Source: Planctomycetota bacterium (lineage in GTDB: Bacteria; Planctomycetota; UBA1135; UBA2386). From it: 64,000 nucleotides of DNA. The translations under genes were made by a program, and so were the position numbers. The notes under the pieces were generated by a model. It searched no databases and was not told the origin of the DNA. It was given only the letters and a program-made list of their open reading frames with translations. Below, one piece after another: positions 35,129 to 44,324 of the stretch; position 1 is the first letter of the stretch; each line of letters opens with the position of its first letter. The DNA lies in assembly GCA_035649575.1 (NCBI GenBank), contig DASRJH010000167.1:7185-71184 (forward strand), written 5' to 3'.

Positions 35129-35877
35129 TGCACCGGGGTTTCGGGACCGTGCAGGTTCACGGGTTTGCCGCCCTTGCGCAGGCGCAGATTCAGGCACTCG
35201 ACGCCGACGCTGAACCCCATCGCGAAGTAGACGTAGCCCTTCGGGATGTGCATGCCACAGCCTTCGCCGACCAGCGTGAAGCCGATCAGCAGCAGGAAGC
35301 TCAGCGCGAGCATCTTCACCGTCGGGTGCCTCTCGACGAACGCGCAGATCGGGTTCACGAACACGACCATCACGCCGACCGAGATCAGCACCGCGATCAC
35401 CATGACCGCCAGATACTCGCTGGCCATGCCGACTGCGGTGATCACCGAGTCGAGCGAGAACACGAGATCGAGCAGCATGATCGAGAAGATCGTTCTGCCG
35501 AACGAAACCGCACGGTGGCCGCCGCTGTTCGGGTCGCTGTCGTCGCCTTCGAGCCTGTGGTGGATCTCGGTCGTGCTCTTCCACAGCAGGAACAGCCCGC
35601 CGGCCAGAAGGATCATGTCCTTGCCCGAGAATGCGTGCTCGCCGATCGAGAACCATGGCTGCGTCAGGCGCATGATGAACGTGATGGCGAACAGCAGCGC
35701 GATGCGCATGGCCATCGCGAGCAGCAGGCCGATCCGGCGCGCCTTCGACCGCTGTTCCGGCGGCAGCCTGCCGCTCTGGATCGAGATGAACACGAGGTTG
35801 TCGATGCCGAGCACGACCTCGAGAAGCGTCAGGGTCAGCAGCGCGACCCAGGCGTCGAGTTGGAAGATCCATTCCAT
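35125..35877 (-). CDS. TerC-family integral membrane protein
   Basis: C-terminal 250 codons of ORF 35125..36114: MEWIFQLDAWVALLTLTLLEVVLGIDNLVFI...SLDSVITAVG. Confidence 0.9.
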   Translation of the reverse strand: MEWIFQLDAWVALLTLTLLEVVLGIDNLVFISIQSGRLPPEQRSKARRIGLLLAMAMRIALLFAITFIMRLTQPWFSIGEHAFSGKDMILLAGGLFLLWKSTTEIHHRLEGDDSDPNSGGHRAVSFGRTIFSIMLLDLVFSLDSVITAVGMASEYLAVMVIAVLISVGVMVVFVNPICAFVERHPTVKMLALSFLLLIGFTLVGEGCGMHIPKGYVYFAMGFSVGVECLNLRLRKGGKPVNLHGPETPVQ

Positions 35878-35986
35878 GGCGCGGGGACGGTAGCGGGGGT
35901 GCCGCGGCGGTGCGAGTACACTTGCCGGGCAGACCTGCACCGCGGATGCTCGGCGGGGCGAGACGCCGCTACCATGCGCCCGCTCG

Positions 35987-37862
35987 ATGCTCACGACCTT
36001 CGCCGAACCGACCCGAACCGGCTGGCGCACGCGGACCGCGTTCTTCGGCGCGCTGTTCGCCGCGGCCATCTTCGGCGCCTGCCGCCTCGAGTTCATCCTC
36101 GACGATGCGTTCATCGCGTTCCGCTACGTGTCGAATGCGCGCGACGGTTTCGGCCTGGTCTGGAACCCGCCGCCGTTCGAGCCGGTCGAGGGCTACACGA
36201 GTTTCCTCTGGAACCTGCTGCTCTGGGCGACCTGGAGCTGGTTCGGCGTCGAGCCGCCGGATGCCGCCAACGTGCTGTCGATCCTCTGCGGCCTCGCGCT
36301 CCTGGCGGTCACCGCGAAGGCGGCGTTGGGTCTGCGCGACCGACATGGCAGTCGGGTCGGTGACGCGGTCGCGTATTGCACCCGCCGCGGTCATCGGCAA
36401 CCACACCTTCCTGCAGTGGATGACCGGCGGACTCGAGACTGCGCTGTTCAACCTCGGATTCGCGGTATGGGTCGTGCTCGCCTTCCGGCGACGCGAAGCG
36501 CGCGCAGGGCGCTGGCACTTCGGCTGGTCGGCAGCTGCCGCGATGGTCGCGTTGACCCGACCCGACGGCCTGTTGCTCGTGGCTGCCACGGTCGCTACGG
36601 CACTCGTCTCACTCGCGCGCGGTGAACGCAGAGCGCGCGAAGTCCTGTTCGGTCTCCTGCCGCTGCTTCTCGTGGTCGTGCACGTCCTGTGGCGGCGTTG
36701 GTTCTACGGGGCGTGGCTGCCCAATACCTACTATGCGAAGGTCGGGGCACCCTGGCCCGAAGCCGGCCTGCGCTACCTTTTCTGCTTCGCGGTCGAGAAC
36801 GGCGTGTGGCTCGCAATCGGGGTGGCCTTCGGGTGGCTCGTGGTCGAGTGGAGGCGCGGGCCACGGACGTTCGTCCGCGGTTTCACTGACAACGTCCCGT
36901 GCGTGGCTGCAGTGAGCGCTCTCTGCGTACAGGTCGGCTACTACGTGCTCTGGGTCGGCGGCGACACCTTCGAGTTCAGGGTCCTGAGCCACCTGATCCC
37001 GATCTGCACGCTGGGCGCAGCCGCGATGGCGGCGCGCCTGCGGGCCGGCGCAGCCGTGCCGATCGCCACCGTGTTGGCGATGGGCCTCTTGTCGTCGACT
37101 GGCTGGATCCAACTTGCGCTCACGAGGCCGGTGGGGCCGCCGCAGTACGATGCGCTACAGCTGCACGTACCGTCGTGGGCACGGCCGCTCGTGCGCTGGT
37201 ACGACCGCCACCGACTCTGGCTGCAGCTGCACTACGTCGCCGTCCGGCACGGCTGCGATCCGACGCTGCAAGAGGTGCTGCGCAACATGCCGGAACGGCG
37301 CCGGACACCGTTCGATCGCGCGGACGTGCCGGTGATGTTTCTGGGTGCAGCTGGTCTGCCCGGCTGGCTGCTGCCCGATTGCGCGGCGATCGACCTGTAT
37401 GGCCTCAGCGACTGGGTCGCGGCGCGCACGCCGGCGCCCGATTGGAGTGTGCCGTGGCTGCCGAAGACCGTGCTGCAGGCCGCGCTGGGTGCGGCCGACG
37501 CGGACCGGGACGGCCGCGCGACGCGCGAGGAACTGCAGGCAGCGTTCGCGGCGCCGGGCAGTCCCGCCGAAAGCTCCGCGTGGTTCGTCGAGTACCTGCT
37601 GCTGTTGTTCGCCGACGAGCAACCCGACTCCCTGACTGCGCGCGAGGTCGCGCAGATCGAGTCGTTCTTCACGAGCCTGCGGCTCATGTCGCACGAGCGG
37701 CATCCGCCTGTGGAGTATCTGCAGGCATTCGACGCCAACGTGACCATCGAGGGTCGCGAGGTGAGGGTGCGCAAGCGCGCGGTGCCTCTGACCGAAGAAC
37801 GCGTCCGGGCCATCGAACGCGAGTGGCGCGAGAAGATCCGGCGCGGCGGGTCGCCGCGCTGA
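35987..37862 (+). pseudogene. GT-C-like polytopic membrane protein split by an apparent frameshift near 36330-36380. Either a pseudogene or an assembly error.
   Basis: Frame of 35987 looks protein-like (DDAFIAFRYVSNARDGFGLVWNPPPFEPVEGYTSFLWNLLLW...) until about 36350, then turns Arg-rich. Frame of 35910 is Arg/Ser junk until about 36350, then looks protein-like (NHTFLQWMTGGLETALFNLGF... through to the stop at 37862). Confidence 0.6.
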
Positions 37863-37868
37863 GCCTGG

Positions 37869-39389
37869 CTACTCTGCGTCGCCGCCGGCCGAGTCGAGCA
37901 GTCGCTTGAGCCGCGCCTCGTCGAAGTGGACCGAGATGGTCTTCGTCTGTGCCGGGACGACGGCGCCGGCGGGCAGCCCCTTGGGTTTCCGCACGTGCTT
38001 GCGCTGCGTGTAGACGACTTCGATGCGGGCCTGGCCACGCGCCTTGCTGAAGTGCACGGCGAGCGTCGCGGCGTCGAGCAGCGTCTCGAGGCTCGCCGTC
38101 TTCTGCTTCGGCAGGCGCACGATCACGTGGGAACCGGCGCGGCCGCCGCCGACGTGCAGCCACAGGTCGTTGCCGTTGGCGAGGCGCATCGTGAGCTCGT
38201 CGTTCTGCTCGTTGTCGCGGCCGACGAGCACCGCGTAACCCTCGGCCGAGACGAAGTGCCGGAACTTGTCGCCGCGCGTCTTCTTCGTGCTCGGTTTCGG
38301 TGTGGCCTCGCGTCTGGTCTTGGGCAACACACCGAACGGCCGCAGCGCGCTCCGGATCGCATCGAGCCGCTCGGCATCGCCGGCATCTTCGCGCGCGACG
38401 GCGTCGAGATCGGCCAAGGCCTGTTCGAGCACCGCGACCGCAGCCGTTGCCTCGGCGTGTCGGTGCTCTGCGATCGCGCGGCCATCGTCGAGGCGGCGCG
38501 CCTTCTCGTAGAGGCTCTGCGCCTGGGCCACGACGGGCTTGCTCGGGTCGAGCTCGAGCGTGCATGTCACTCCGTCGCGCTCGGGATCCGGCACGGTCAT
38601 CTGCTTCGCACCACGCTGCACGGTGTGGGCATACGCGAGCATGAGGTCGGCGCGCGCGCGCATGGTCTGCGACCGGCCCGCGTCGGCCAGTTGTTCGCCG
38701 AGCCCCTTCTTCTTGTCGCGCTGCTTCTGCAGCGCGCGCTGCGCCGCGCGCAGCAACTCGTCGTGTTCGCGCGCGGCCTCGGCGGCGAGATCGAGCGCGG
38801 TGAAGGACGCATCGACGGCCGCGAGCACGGGCGCGTCGAAACGGTTCACGGCCGCGACGCGCTCGGCCCGTCCGGCAGGAGGCCGATACGCGTCGCCGAG
38901 GCGCAGCGTGCGCGCTTCCGACTCGACGGGCCGCGACAGCGCGAGGACCCTGCCCTCGGCGTCGAGCAGCGCCAACAAACCGCGCGCGCCGAACAACTCG
39001 CAGACGAGCCGGCGTTCGCCGTGTTTCGTGCGGAAGCCGAAGGTGCAGCAGCGTTCGCCGGCCGGCTGACCGATGTGCCACAGCGTGGCGCCCAGCAGTT
39101 CGCGCTGCAGCACGTCGCGCGCGGGTCCGCGGCCGAAGTCCTCCTTGCCGAACCGCCGCGCTGTTGTCGTGACGCGCGCGCGTGCGCCGCCCGGTACGAG
39201 GTGCACGAAGCTCTTCGCGCCGCGTTCGCCCCCTCGCTGCAGCACGAGCAGTAGGTCGTCTCCGGGGGTCGGCTTCGCGAGCGGCGCGACGTCGATCACG
39301 ACGCTACCGGTGAGAGCCTGCAGCTCGGCCACGACGACCGCGAGCTCGGCGGGGGACAAGCCGCGCTGAGGCTGGCCCGGCGTGGCCAT
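37869..39389 (-). CDS. NFACT-family protein (FbpA/RqcH-like, with NFACT-N and NFACT-R/DUF814)
   Basis: 506-aa ORF. C-terminal DUF814-like stretch FVSAEGYAVLVGRDNEQNDELT...DLWLHVGGGRAGSHVIV. Confidence 0.82.
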   Translation of the reverse strand: MATPGQPQRGLSPAELAVVVAELQALTGSVVIDVAPLAKPTPGDDLLLVLQRGGERGAKSFVHLVPGGARARVTTTARRFGKEDFGRGPARDVLQRELLGATLWHIGQPAGERCCTFGFRTKHGERRLVCELFGARGLLALLDAEGRVLALSRPVESEARTLRLGDAYRPPAGRAERVAAVNRFDAPVLAAVDASFTALDLAAEAAREHDELLRAAQRALQKQRDKKKGLGEQLADAGRSQTMRARADLMLAYAHTVQRGAKQMTVPDPERDGVTCTLELDPSKPVVAQAQSLYEKARRLDDGRAIAEHRHAEATAAVAVLEQALADLDAVAREDAGDAERLDAIRSALRPFGVLPKTRREATPKPSTKKTRGDKFRHFVSAEGYAVLVGRDNEQNDELTMRLANGNDLWLHVGGGRAGSHVIVRLPKQKTASLETLLDAATLAVHFSKARGQARIEVVYTQRKHVRKPKGLPAGAVVPAQTKTISVHFDEARLKRLLDSAGGDAE

Positions 39390-39395
39390 GAATCG

Positions 39396-39866
39396 CTACT
39401 TCTTCTTCAGTTCCTCGACCGGATCGTAAATCCAGCCGTAGGCGGCGTAGTCGTAGTTGACGATGCCTTCGGGGAAGAACAGGCCGATCTCGCGCGTGGC
39501 CGCCTCGGGCCCGTCGCTGCCGTGCACGAGGTTGTAACTGCGGCTGCTGCCGAAGTCGCCGCGGATCGTGCCGGCCGCCGCATCGGCGCCGAAGGTCGCG
39601 CCCATGAGCGTGCGGCAGATCTTGATCGCCTCGATGCCCTCGAGCACGAGGGCCACGACCGGGGAGCTCGTCATGAACTTCACGAGGCCAGGATAGAACT
39701 TCTTGTCCCGGTGGGCCTCGTAGTGCTTGGCGGCCAGTTCCGGCGTGATCTTCATGAGCTTCATGGCGACGATCTTGAGTCCCTTCGCTTCGAAGCGATT
39801 CAGGACCTGGCCAACGAGGCCGCGCTGGACAGCGTCGGGTTTCAGCAGGATGAGCGTGCGTTCCAT
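39396..39866 (-). CDS. ndk: Nucleoside diphosphate kinase
   Basis: C-terminal 156 codons of ORF 39396..40448: MERTLILLKPDAVQRGLVG...NLVHGSD. Confidence 0.97.
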   Translation of the reverse strand: MERTLILLKPDAVQRGLVGQVLNRFEAKGLKIVAMKLMKITPELAAKHYEAHRDKKFYPGLVKFMTSSPVVALVLEGIEAIKICRTLMGATFGADAAAGTIRGDFGSSRSYNLVHGSDGPEAATREIGLFFPEGIVNYDYAAYGWIYDPVEELKKK

Positions 39867-40569
39867 GGATTCTCGGCGAGACAGATCGTGGTCGAGGGCA
39901 AGCAAGATACCAACCTCGGGCTCTGCCGCCGCACGCATTCTGCGGGTTTGTGGCGCGGCCGCGAGCCTCGTGCTCCTGCTCGCGAGCTGCGCGACCGATC
40001 GCGAGACCACGCTGTCGCGCACAGCGCGCGGCCGCGAAGCCGGTGCGGCCCGGGCCGAACGCGAACGGCAGCAACGCGAGCTGGCGCGGTTGCGCGAGAC
40101 CAGCGCCGAAACGCTCGCGGCGATCGCCGACGCGAACGCCGAGTCCGTGCGCCGCAGTTCGGAGCTGCGCGCCGTGCTGGCCGAATTGCAACACCGGATC
40201 GGGGTGCAGCAGATGGCCGAACAGGACCTCGCCGATGCCAAGGCGCGCGCGGCCGCGATCGAGCTCGAGCTGCAGCCGCTGCGCCAGCTCGAGCAGACGC
40301 TGCGCGACCGCGAACGCCTGCTCGCGGAGGCTTTCGCGCGCGACGGCGCCTTGCAGGCCGAGCTCGAAGCCGCGACGCGCGCCGTGGAGCAGAAACAGAC
40401 CGAGCTGCAACCGAAGCTCGCGGCGCTGCAGCGGCTGGTCGAGTCCATGAGCCAGCTCGAGCAGGCGACGGCGGGGGCCCAGGCTTCGATCAGCGCGGCG
40501 ACGAAGCTGCTGTCGCCGGCGGCACCGGCACCGGCTGCGCCCGCCGCACCAGAAGGGCCGAAGAAGTGA
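39865..40569 (+). CDS. Coiled-coil lipoprotein of unknown function
   Basis: In frame with ORF 39727..40569. Lipobox SLVLLLASC|A, followed by a long heptad-like Ala/Glu/Leu/Arg/Gln-rich region. The start is uncertain: the ATG at 39865 is the only canonical start before the signal peptide. Confidence 0.55.
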   Translation: MDSRRDRSWSRASKIPTSGSAAARILRVCGAAASLVLLLASCATDRETTLSRTARGREAGAARAERERQQRELARLRETSAETLAAIADANAESVRRSSELRAVLAELQHRIGVQQMAEQDLADAKARAAAIELELQPLRQLEQTLRDRERLLAEAFARDGALQAELEAATRAVEQKQTELQPKLAALQRLVESMSQLEQATAGAQASISAATKLLSPAAPAPAAPAAPEGPKK

Positions 40570-41973
40570 CTACGGCCACTCGTGGTGGAAGGTGCCGGGC
40601 CGGTCCACGCGCTCGAACGTGTGCGCGCCGAACAGATCGCGCTGCGCCTGCGTCAGGTTCTGCGGCAGCAAAGCACGGCGGAACGAATCGAAGTAGCTGA
40701 GGCTGGCGCCCATCGCGAGCGTCGGCACGCCGTGTTCGGCGGCGAGTGCCACGACCTTGCGCCATGCGGCCTGGTGCTGCTGCAGGAAACCGCCGAGCTC
40801 GGGATCGAGCAGCAGGTTTCCCAGCCGCTTCTGCTTCTTGAACGCGGCCTGGATGCTGCGCAGGAAGCGCGCGCGGATGATGCAGCCGCCCTTCCAGATC
40901 CGCGCGATCTCGCCGAAGTCGAGACCCCACTTCTTGTCGGCATCGGCCACGGCGAGCAGGTCGAGCCCCTGCGCATACGAGCAGATCTTGCTGCAGTAGA
41001 GCGCGTCGCGCACCGCGTCGACGAGGTTGGCACCAGCCTTCTGCGGGTTCGGGCCACGCAGCACCTTGCTCGCGGCGACGCGCTGGTCCTTCATCGCGCT
41101 GAGGCAGCGCGCCTCCACGGCCGCATGCATGGTCGGCGCGGGCACGCCGTAGCGCAGCGCGATCTCGCCGGTCCATCGGCCGGTGCCCTTCTGGCCCGCC
41201 TTGTCGAGGATCACGTCGACCATGGGCCGCTTCGTCTCGGGATCGGTGGCGCGCAGGATGCGCGCGGTGATCTCGATCAAGAAGGACTCGAGGAAGCCCT
41301 GATTCCACTCGGTGAACGCCTTCGCCATCTGCTCGTGCGAGAGGCCGAGCACGCTCTGCATCAGGTCGAAGCACTCGGCGATGAGCTGCATGTCGCCGTA
41401 CTCGATGCCGTTGTGCACCATCTTGACGAAGTGGCCAGCGGCCCCGGTGCCGACGTGCGTGACGCATGGTCCGTCGTCGACCTGGGCCGCGATCTTCTTC
41501 AGGATCGGCGCGAGCTCGTCGTACGAGCTGCGATCGCCTCCCGGCATCAGGCTCGGGCCGTGCAGGGCACCGTCTTCGCCGCCCGAGACGCCCATGCCGA
41601 CGAAGCGGAAGCCCTTGCCGTGCAGCTCGCGCGCGCGTCGCTCCGTGTCATCGGGGTGCGAGTTCCCGGTGTCGATGATCATGTCGCCGGGCTGCAGCAC
41701 GGGCAGGAACGTGGCGATGGTCTCGTCGACGGGCAGCCCGGCCTTCACGAGCAGCAGCACCTTGCGCGGGCGCACGAGCGACGCTGCGGCCTCCTGGACC
41801 GTGCGCGCGCCGATCATGCGGTAGCCCGGAGCGCAACGCGCGAGCGTCGCTTCGGTCTTGTCGAACGAACGGTTGAAGACCGTGATCGCAAAACCGTTGC
41901 GGGCGATGTTCAGGGCGAGGTTCTGGCCCATCACGGCCAGGCCGACGACGCAGATCTGTGAGGTTGCTTCCAT
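40570..41973 (-). CDS. gnd: 6-phosphogluconate dehydrogenase, decarboxylating
   Basis: 467-aa ORF: ICVVGLAVMGQNLALNIARNGF...GAAGHFVKMVHNGIEYGDMQLI. Confidence 0.95.
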   Translation of the reverse strand: MEATSQICVVGLAVMGQNLALNIARNGFAITVFNRSFDKTEATLARCAPGYRMIGARTVQEAAASLVRPRKVLLLVKAGLPVDETIATFLPVLQPGDMIIDTGNSHPDDTERRARELHGKGFRFVGMGVSGGEDGALHGPSLMPGGDRSSYDELAPILKKIAAQVDDGPCVTHVGTGAAGHFVKMVHNGIEYGDMQLIAECFDLMQSVLGLSHEQMAKAFTEWNQGFLESFLIEITARILRATDPETKRPMVDVILDKAGQKGTGRWTGEIALRYGVPAPTMHAAVEARCLSAMKDQRVAASKVLRGPNPQKAGANLVDAVRDALYCSKICSYAQGLDLLAVADADKKWGLDFGEIARIWKGGCIIRARFLRSIQAAFKKQKRLGNLLLDPELGGFLQQHQAAWRKVVALAAEHGVPTLAMGASLSYFDSFRRALLPQNLTQAQRDLFGAHTFERVDRPGTFHHEWP

Positions 41974-42049
41974 GCGCTCCCGTAGAAGAGCACTGACTCT
42001 ATGGGAAGCGGGGGGTGCCTCTCCAGGACGCGCCGCGTTGCCAGTTGGT

Positions 42050-43336
42050 TCAGCGCTTGCTCGTCGTCGGTGCGCTACCAGCAGGCGACAGGCTGGCCAA
42101 CCAGCCGCCCCAGACCCGCGGGTCCGCGGGCGGATCCTGCTTCACGAGCTTCCGCAAGGCCTGCTGGTAGGTCCGCACGATCCGCACCTCTTGCACGCCG
42201 TGCACCGTGACGTCGAGCACGGTGCCGCTCTGCAGCACGTCGACCTTCGGATCGGCGATGAACGCCGCCTGCGCGACTTCGACGTCGTAGTCGCGGATGT
42301 AGGCCTGCTGCTGCAGGAACGCGACGTGCGCGCGAACGCCGTTGTCGGCGGCGGCCAGCGCCACGCCCGCGTTGGGGCCCGCGAGCACGAGCAGCTTCAC
42401 GGCGTCGGGGTGGCCGAGCTCGCCGAACGCCTCCGCGGTGCGGACGCGGACCTTCGGGTTGCTGTGCATGAGCCCGGCGCCGAGGTAGTTGATGTCGTCG
42501 CTGTCGACAGTCGGGACGCTGATTTCTGCGGCGGCTTTGCGCACGTCGCTGCTGCCGTCGAGGATCGTCGTGCGCAGCACGAAGCGTTCGTTGCCGGCCA
42601 GCGGGCGGCGATGCAAGGCAGCCAGGGCGCCGATGCGGCGGCGGTCGGAGCTGTTGGTCCGCGCCTCGAGGCGGAGATCCTCGTCGGCGCTCTGTTCGCG
42701 CACGAGCAGTTCTTCGATCGCGCGCTCGCGGCCCCGGCCAGTGTCGGCGCGCAGCAGGTCGAGCAGTTGGTGGACACGCGTCTTCGTCGGCGCGGTGCGC
42801 CACTTGCGCGGCAACAACTCGGGCTCGAGCTGGGCAAGGAAGTCCTCGAGGCGCCGCTGCAGCGGGCTGCGCGCCGCGGGGCACGCGGTGGCCTCGGGCT
42901 CGCTCGAGACGGCCTGGGTCGGTTCCGTCTTGGCCGGCGCCGCGGCGACCAACTCGATGGTCCGGTCCAGGTGGCTCCACATTTCGCGTTCGAGCCCGAC
43001 CTCGCGCGCTCGCATCGCGAGGTTCAAGTGAGCAAAGGCCGTATCGCCGGAGTCGCGCGTCCTCTTGGCGAGCTCGACGCGCAGGTCTTCGTCGCTCTTG
43101 CGCCCCTTCACCTGGTCCTTCTGCACGAGGACGACGCCGTCGCGCGTGGTCACTTCGAGCGTGTCGCCCTTCTCGACCACCTTGCCCACGAGGACGCGGC
43201 CGTCGGTGAGGCGCAGTTCGTCGGCCGACAACGTCGCCGCGGTTGTGGCGAACATTGCCACCGCACACAAGAGGGAGAGTCGCGAAGGAAGCTGAAGGAA
43301 GGACGTCGGGAGCGAGCGGTTCATCGAGCTGTTCAT
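42050..43336 (-). CDS. Secreted HEAT-repeat protein of unknown function
   Basis: C-terminal 428 codons of ORF 42050..43675. Signal-like LSLLCAVAMFATTAATLSA. HEAT-like NPKVRVRTAEAFGELGHPDAVKLL. Confidence 0.6.
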   Translation of the reverse strand: MNSSMNRSLPTSFLQLPSRLSLLCAVAMFATTAATLSADELRLTDGRVLVGKVVEKGDTLEVTTRDGVVLVQKDQVKGRKSDEDLRVELAKRTRDSGDTAFAHLNLAMRAREVGLEREMWSHLDRTIELVAAAPAKTEPTQAVSSEPEATACPAARSPLQRRLEDFLAQLEPELLPRKWRTAPTKTRVHQLLDLLRADTGRGRERAIEELLVREQSADEDLRLEARTNSSDRRRIGALAALHRRPLAGNERFVLRTTILDGSSDVRKAAAEISVPTVDSDDINYLGAGLMHSNPKVRVRTAEAFGELGHPDAVKLLVLAGPNAGVALAAADNGVRAHVAFLQQQAYIRDYDVEVAQAAFIADPKVDVLQSGTVLDVTVHGVQEVRIVRTYQQALRKLVKQDPPADPRVWGGWLASLSPAGSAPTTSKR

Positions 43337-43412
43337 GCTGGGCGCTGGGACGACGGGCGATTCTGGAGCATCGGGATGAGGGCGGGCCCGGGTGCGGTTA
43401 GAATCAGAGCCG

Positions 43413-44303
43413 ATGAGCACGAACCGTACCGCGATCCGGGCATGCGGGGTGGTCCTGGCCGCGATGGCCCCGGCGTGGGCCCAGGAGGCGGGCAAGCCAG
43501 CGACCCCGCCGGCGCAAAGCGATGCCATCGGTAAGATTGTGGCCGCGATCCAGGCCGCGGAGAAGGACCTGCAGAGTGCCCGGATCGAGATCGCGACGAC
43601 GGGCCTCTGCGCGCCGGGCATCGAGTTCCAGACCCGCGGCGTGCTGCATGTCCTGCGAGGAGCACAGCCCGCCATTCACACGCTGGTCGAGATCTCGTTT
43701 GGAGACGGGATCAAGGCAACGATGGAGTCGGCACAGACGACGAGCGGCATCACGCACTACGAAGACCATCCCGCCATCGGGGCGATCCACCTGCACTTCG
43801 AGCCGTCGATCGTGAGCGACCTCGAATGGGCGGGCACCGTGCTCGACGAAGCGAAACTGCCGGGCATGGGAGACCGCCGCGCCAAGGCACCTCTCGGCAG
43901 CGCGATGGTGACGGAGCTGCGGCGGCACTTCGAGGTGCAGCTCGACGCGCGCACGGAGCGCAATGGCGAGGCCGGCCAGTGGCTCGCGGGCAAGCGGCGC
44001 TCGGGTCTCGAGGACGCCGATCCCGAGCTGCCTCTGGCCGACCGCGTCGAGCTGTTCGTGCGGCAACGCGATCACGCGCTGGTCGAGATGAAGCAATGGC
44101 AGGGCGACAAGGTCGTGCAGCACATCGTGGTCGAAAAACTCGAGTGCGGGCTCGAGATCCCGGCCTCGAAGTTCCTGGTCGATGGTCGCGGGCAGCCGCA
44201 ACGCGAGGTGGATCAATACAAGCCGATGTGGGACCAGATCGAGAAGGTGCTGCTGCAGGCCGAGACGGAGAGCGGAGAGGTGCGTCCGAGCAAACGCAAG
44301 TGA
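43413..44303 (+). CDS. Secreted hypothetical protein (possibly a LolA-like fold)
   Basis: ORF 43392..44303, with the start taken at MSTNRT. Signal peptide ACGVVLAAMAPAWAQ. The fold guess rests only on size and beta-rich pattern. Confidence 0.45.
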   Translation: MSTNRTAIRACGVVLAAMAPAWAQEAGKPATPPAQSDAIGKIVAAIQAAEKDLQSARIEIATTGLCAPGIEFQTRGVLHVLRGAQPAIHTLVEISFGDGIKATMESAQTTSGITHYEDHPAIGAIHLHFEPSIVSDLEWAGTVLDEAKLPGMGDRRAKAPLGSAMVTELRRHFEVQLDARTERNGEAGQWLAGKRRSGLEDADPELPLADRVELFVRQRDHALVEMKQWQGDKVVQHIVVEKLECGLEIPASKFLVDGRGQPQREVDQYKPMWDQIEKVLLQAETESGEVRPSKRK

Positions 44304-44324
44304 CGTGGCGCCGGTACGCGCCGC

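Noticed and set aside
35878-35986. Looked for a yybP-ykoY (Mn) riboswitch in the leader of the TerC gene
   Set aside because: The leader can form GC stems (GGTAGCGG...CCGCTACC and GCGGTGC...GCACCGC). I could not find the conserved GGGGAGUA-type loop sequences, and the 109-nt spacer also has to hold the divergent promoter. A covariance-model scan (RF00080) would settle it.
39727-39864. Upstream part of ORF 39727..40569 (MAASSGVIFMSFMATILSPF...), considered as the lipoprotein N-terminus
   Set aside because: It is antisense to the well-supported ndk gene, and it would place about 70 non-signal residues before the lipobox.
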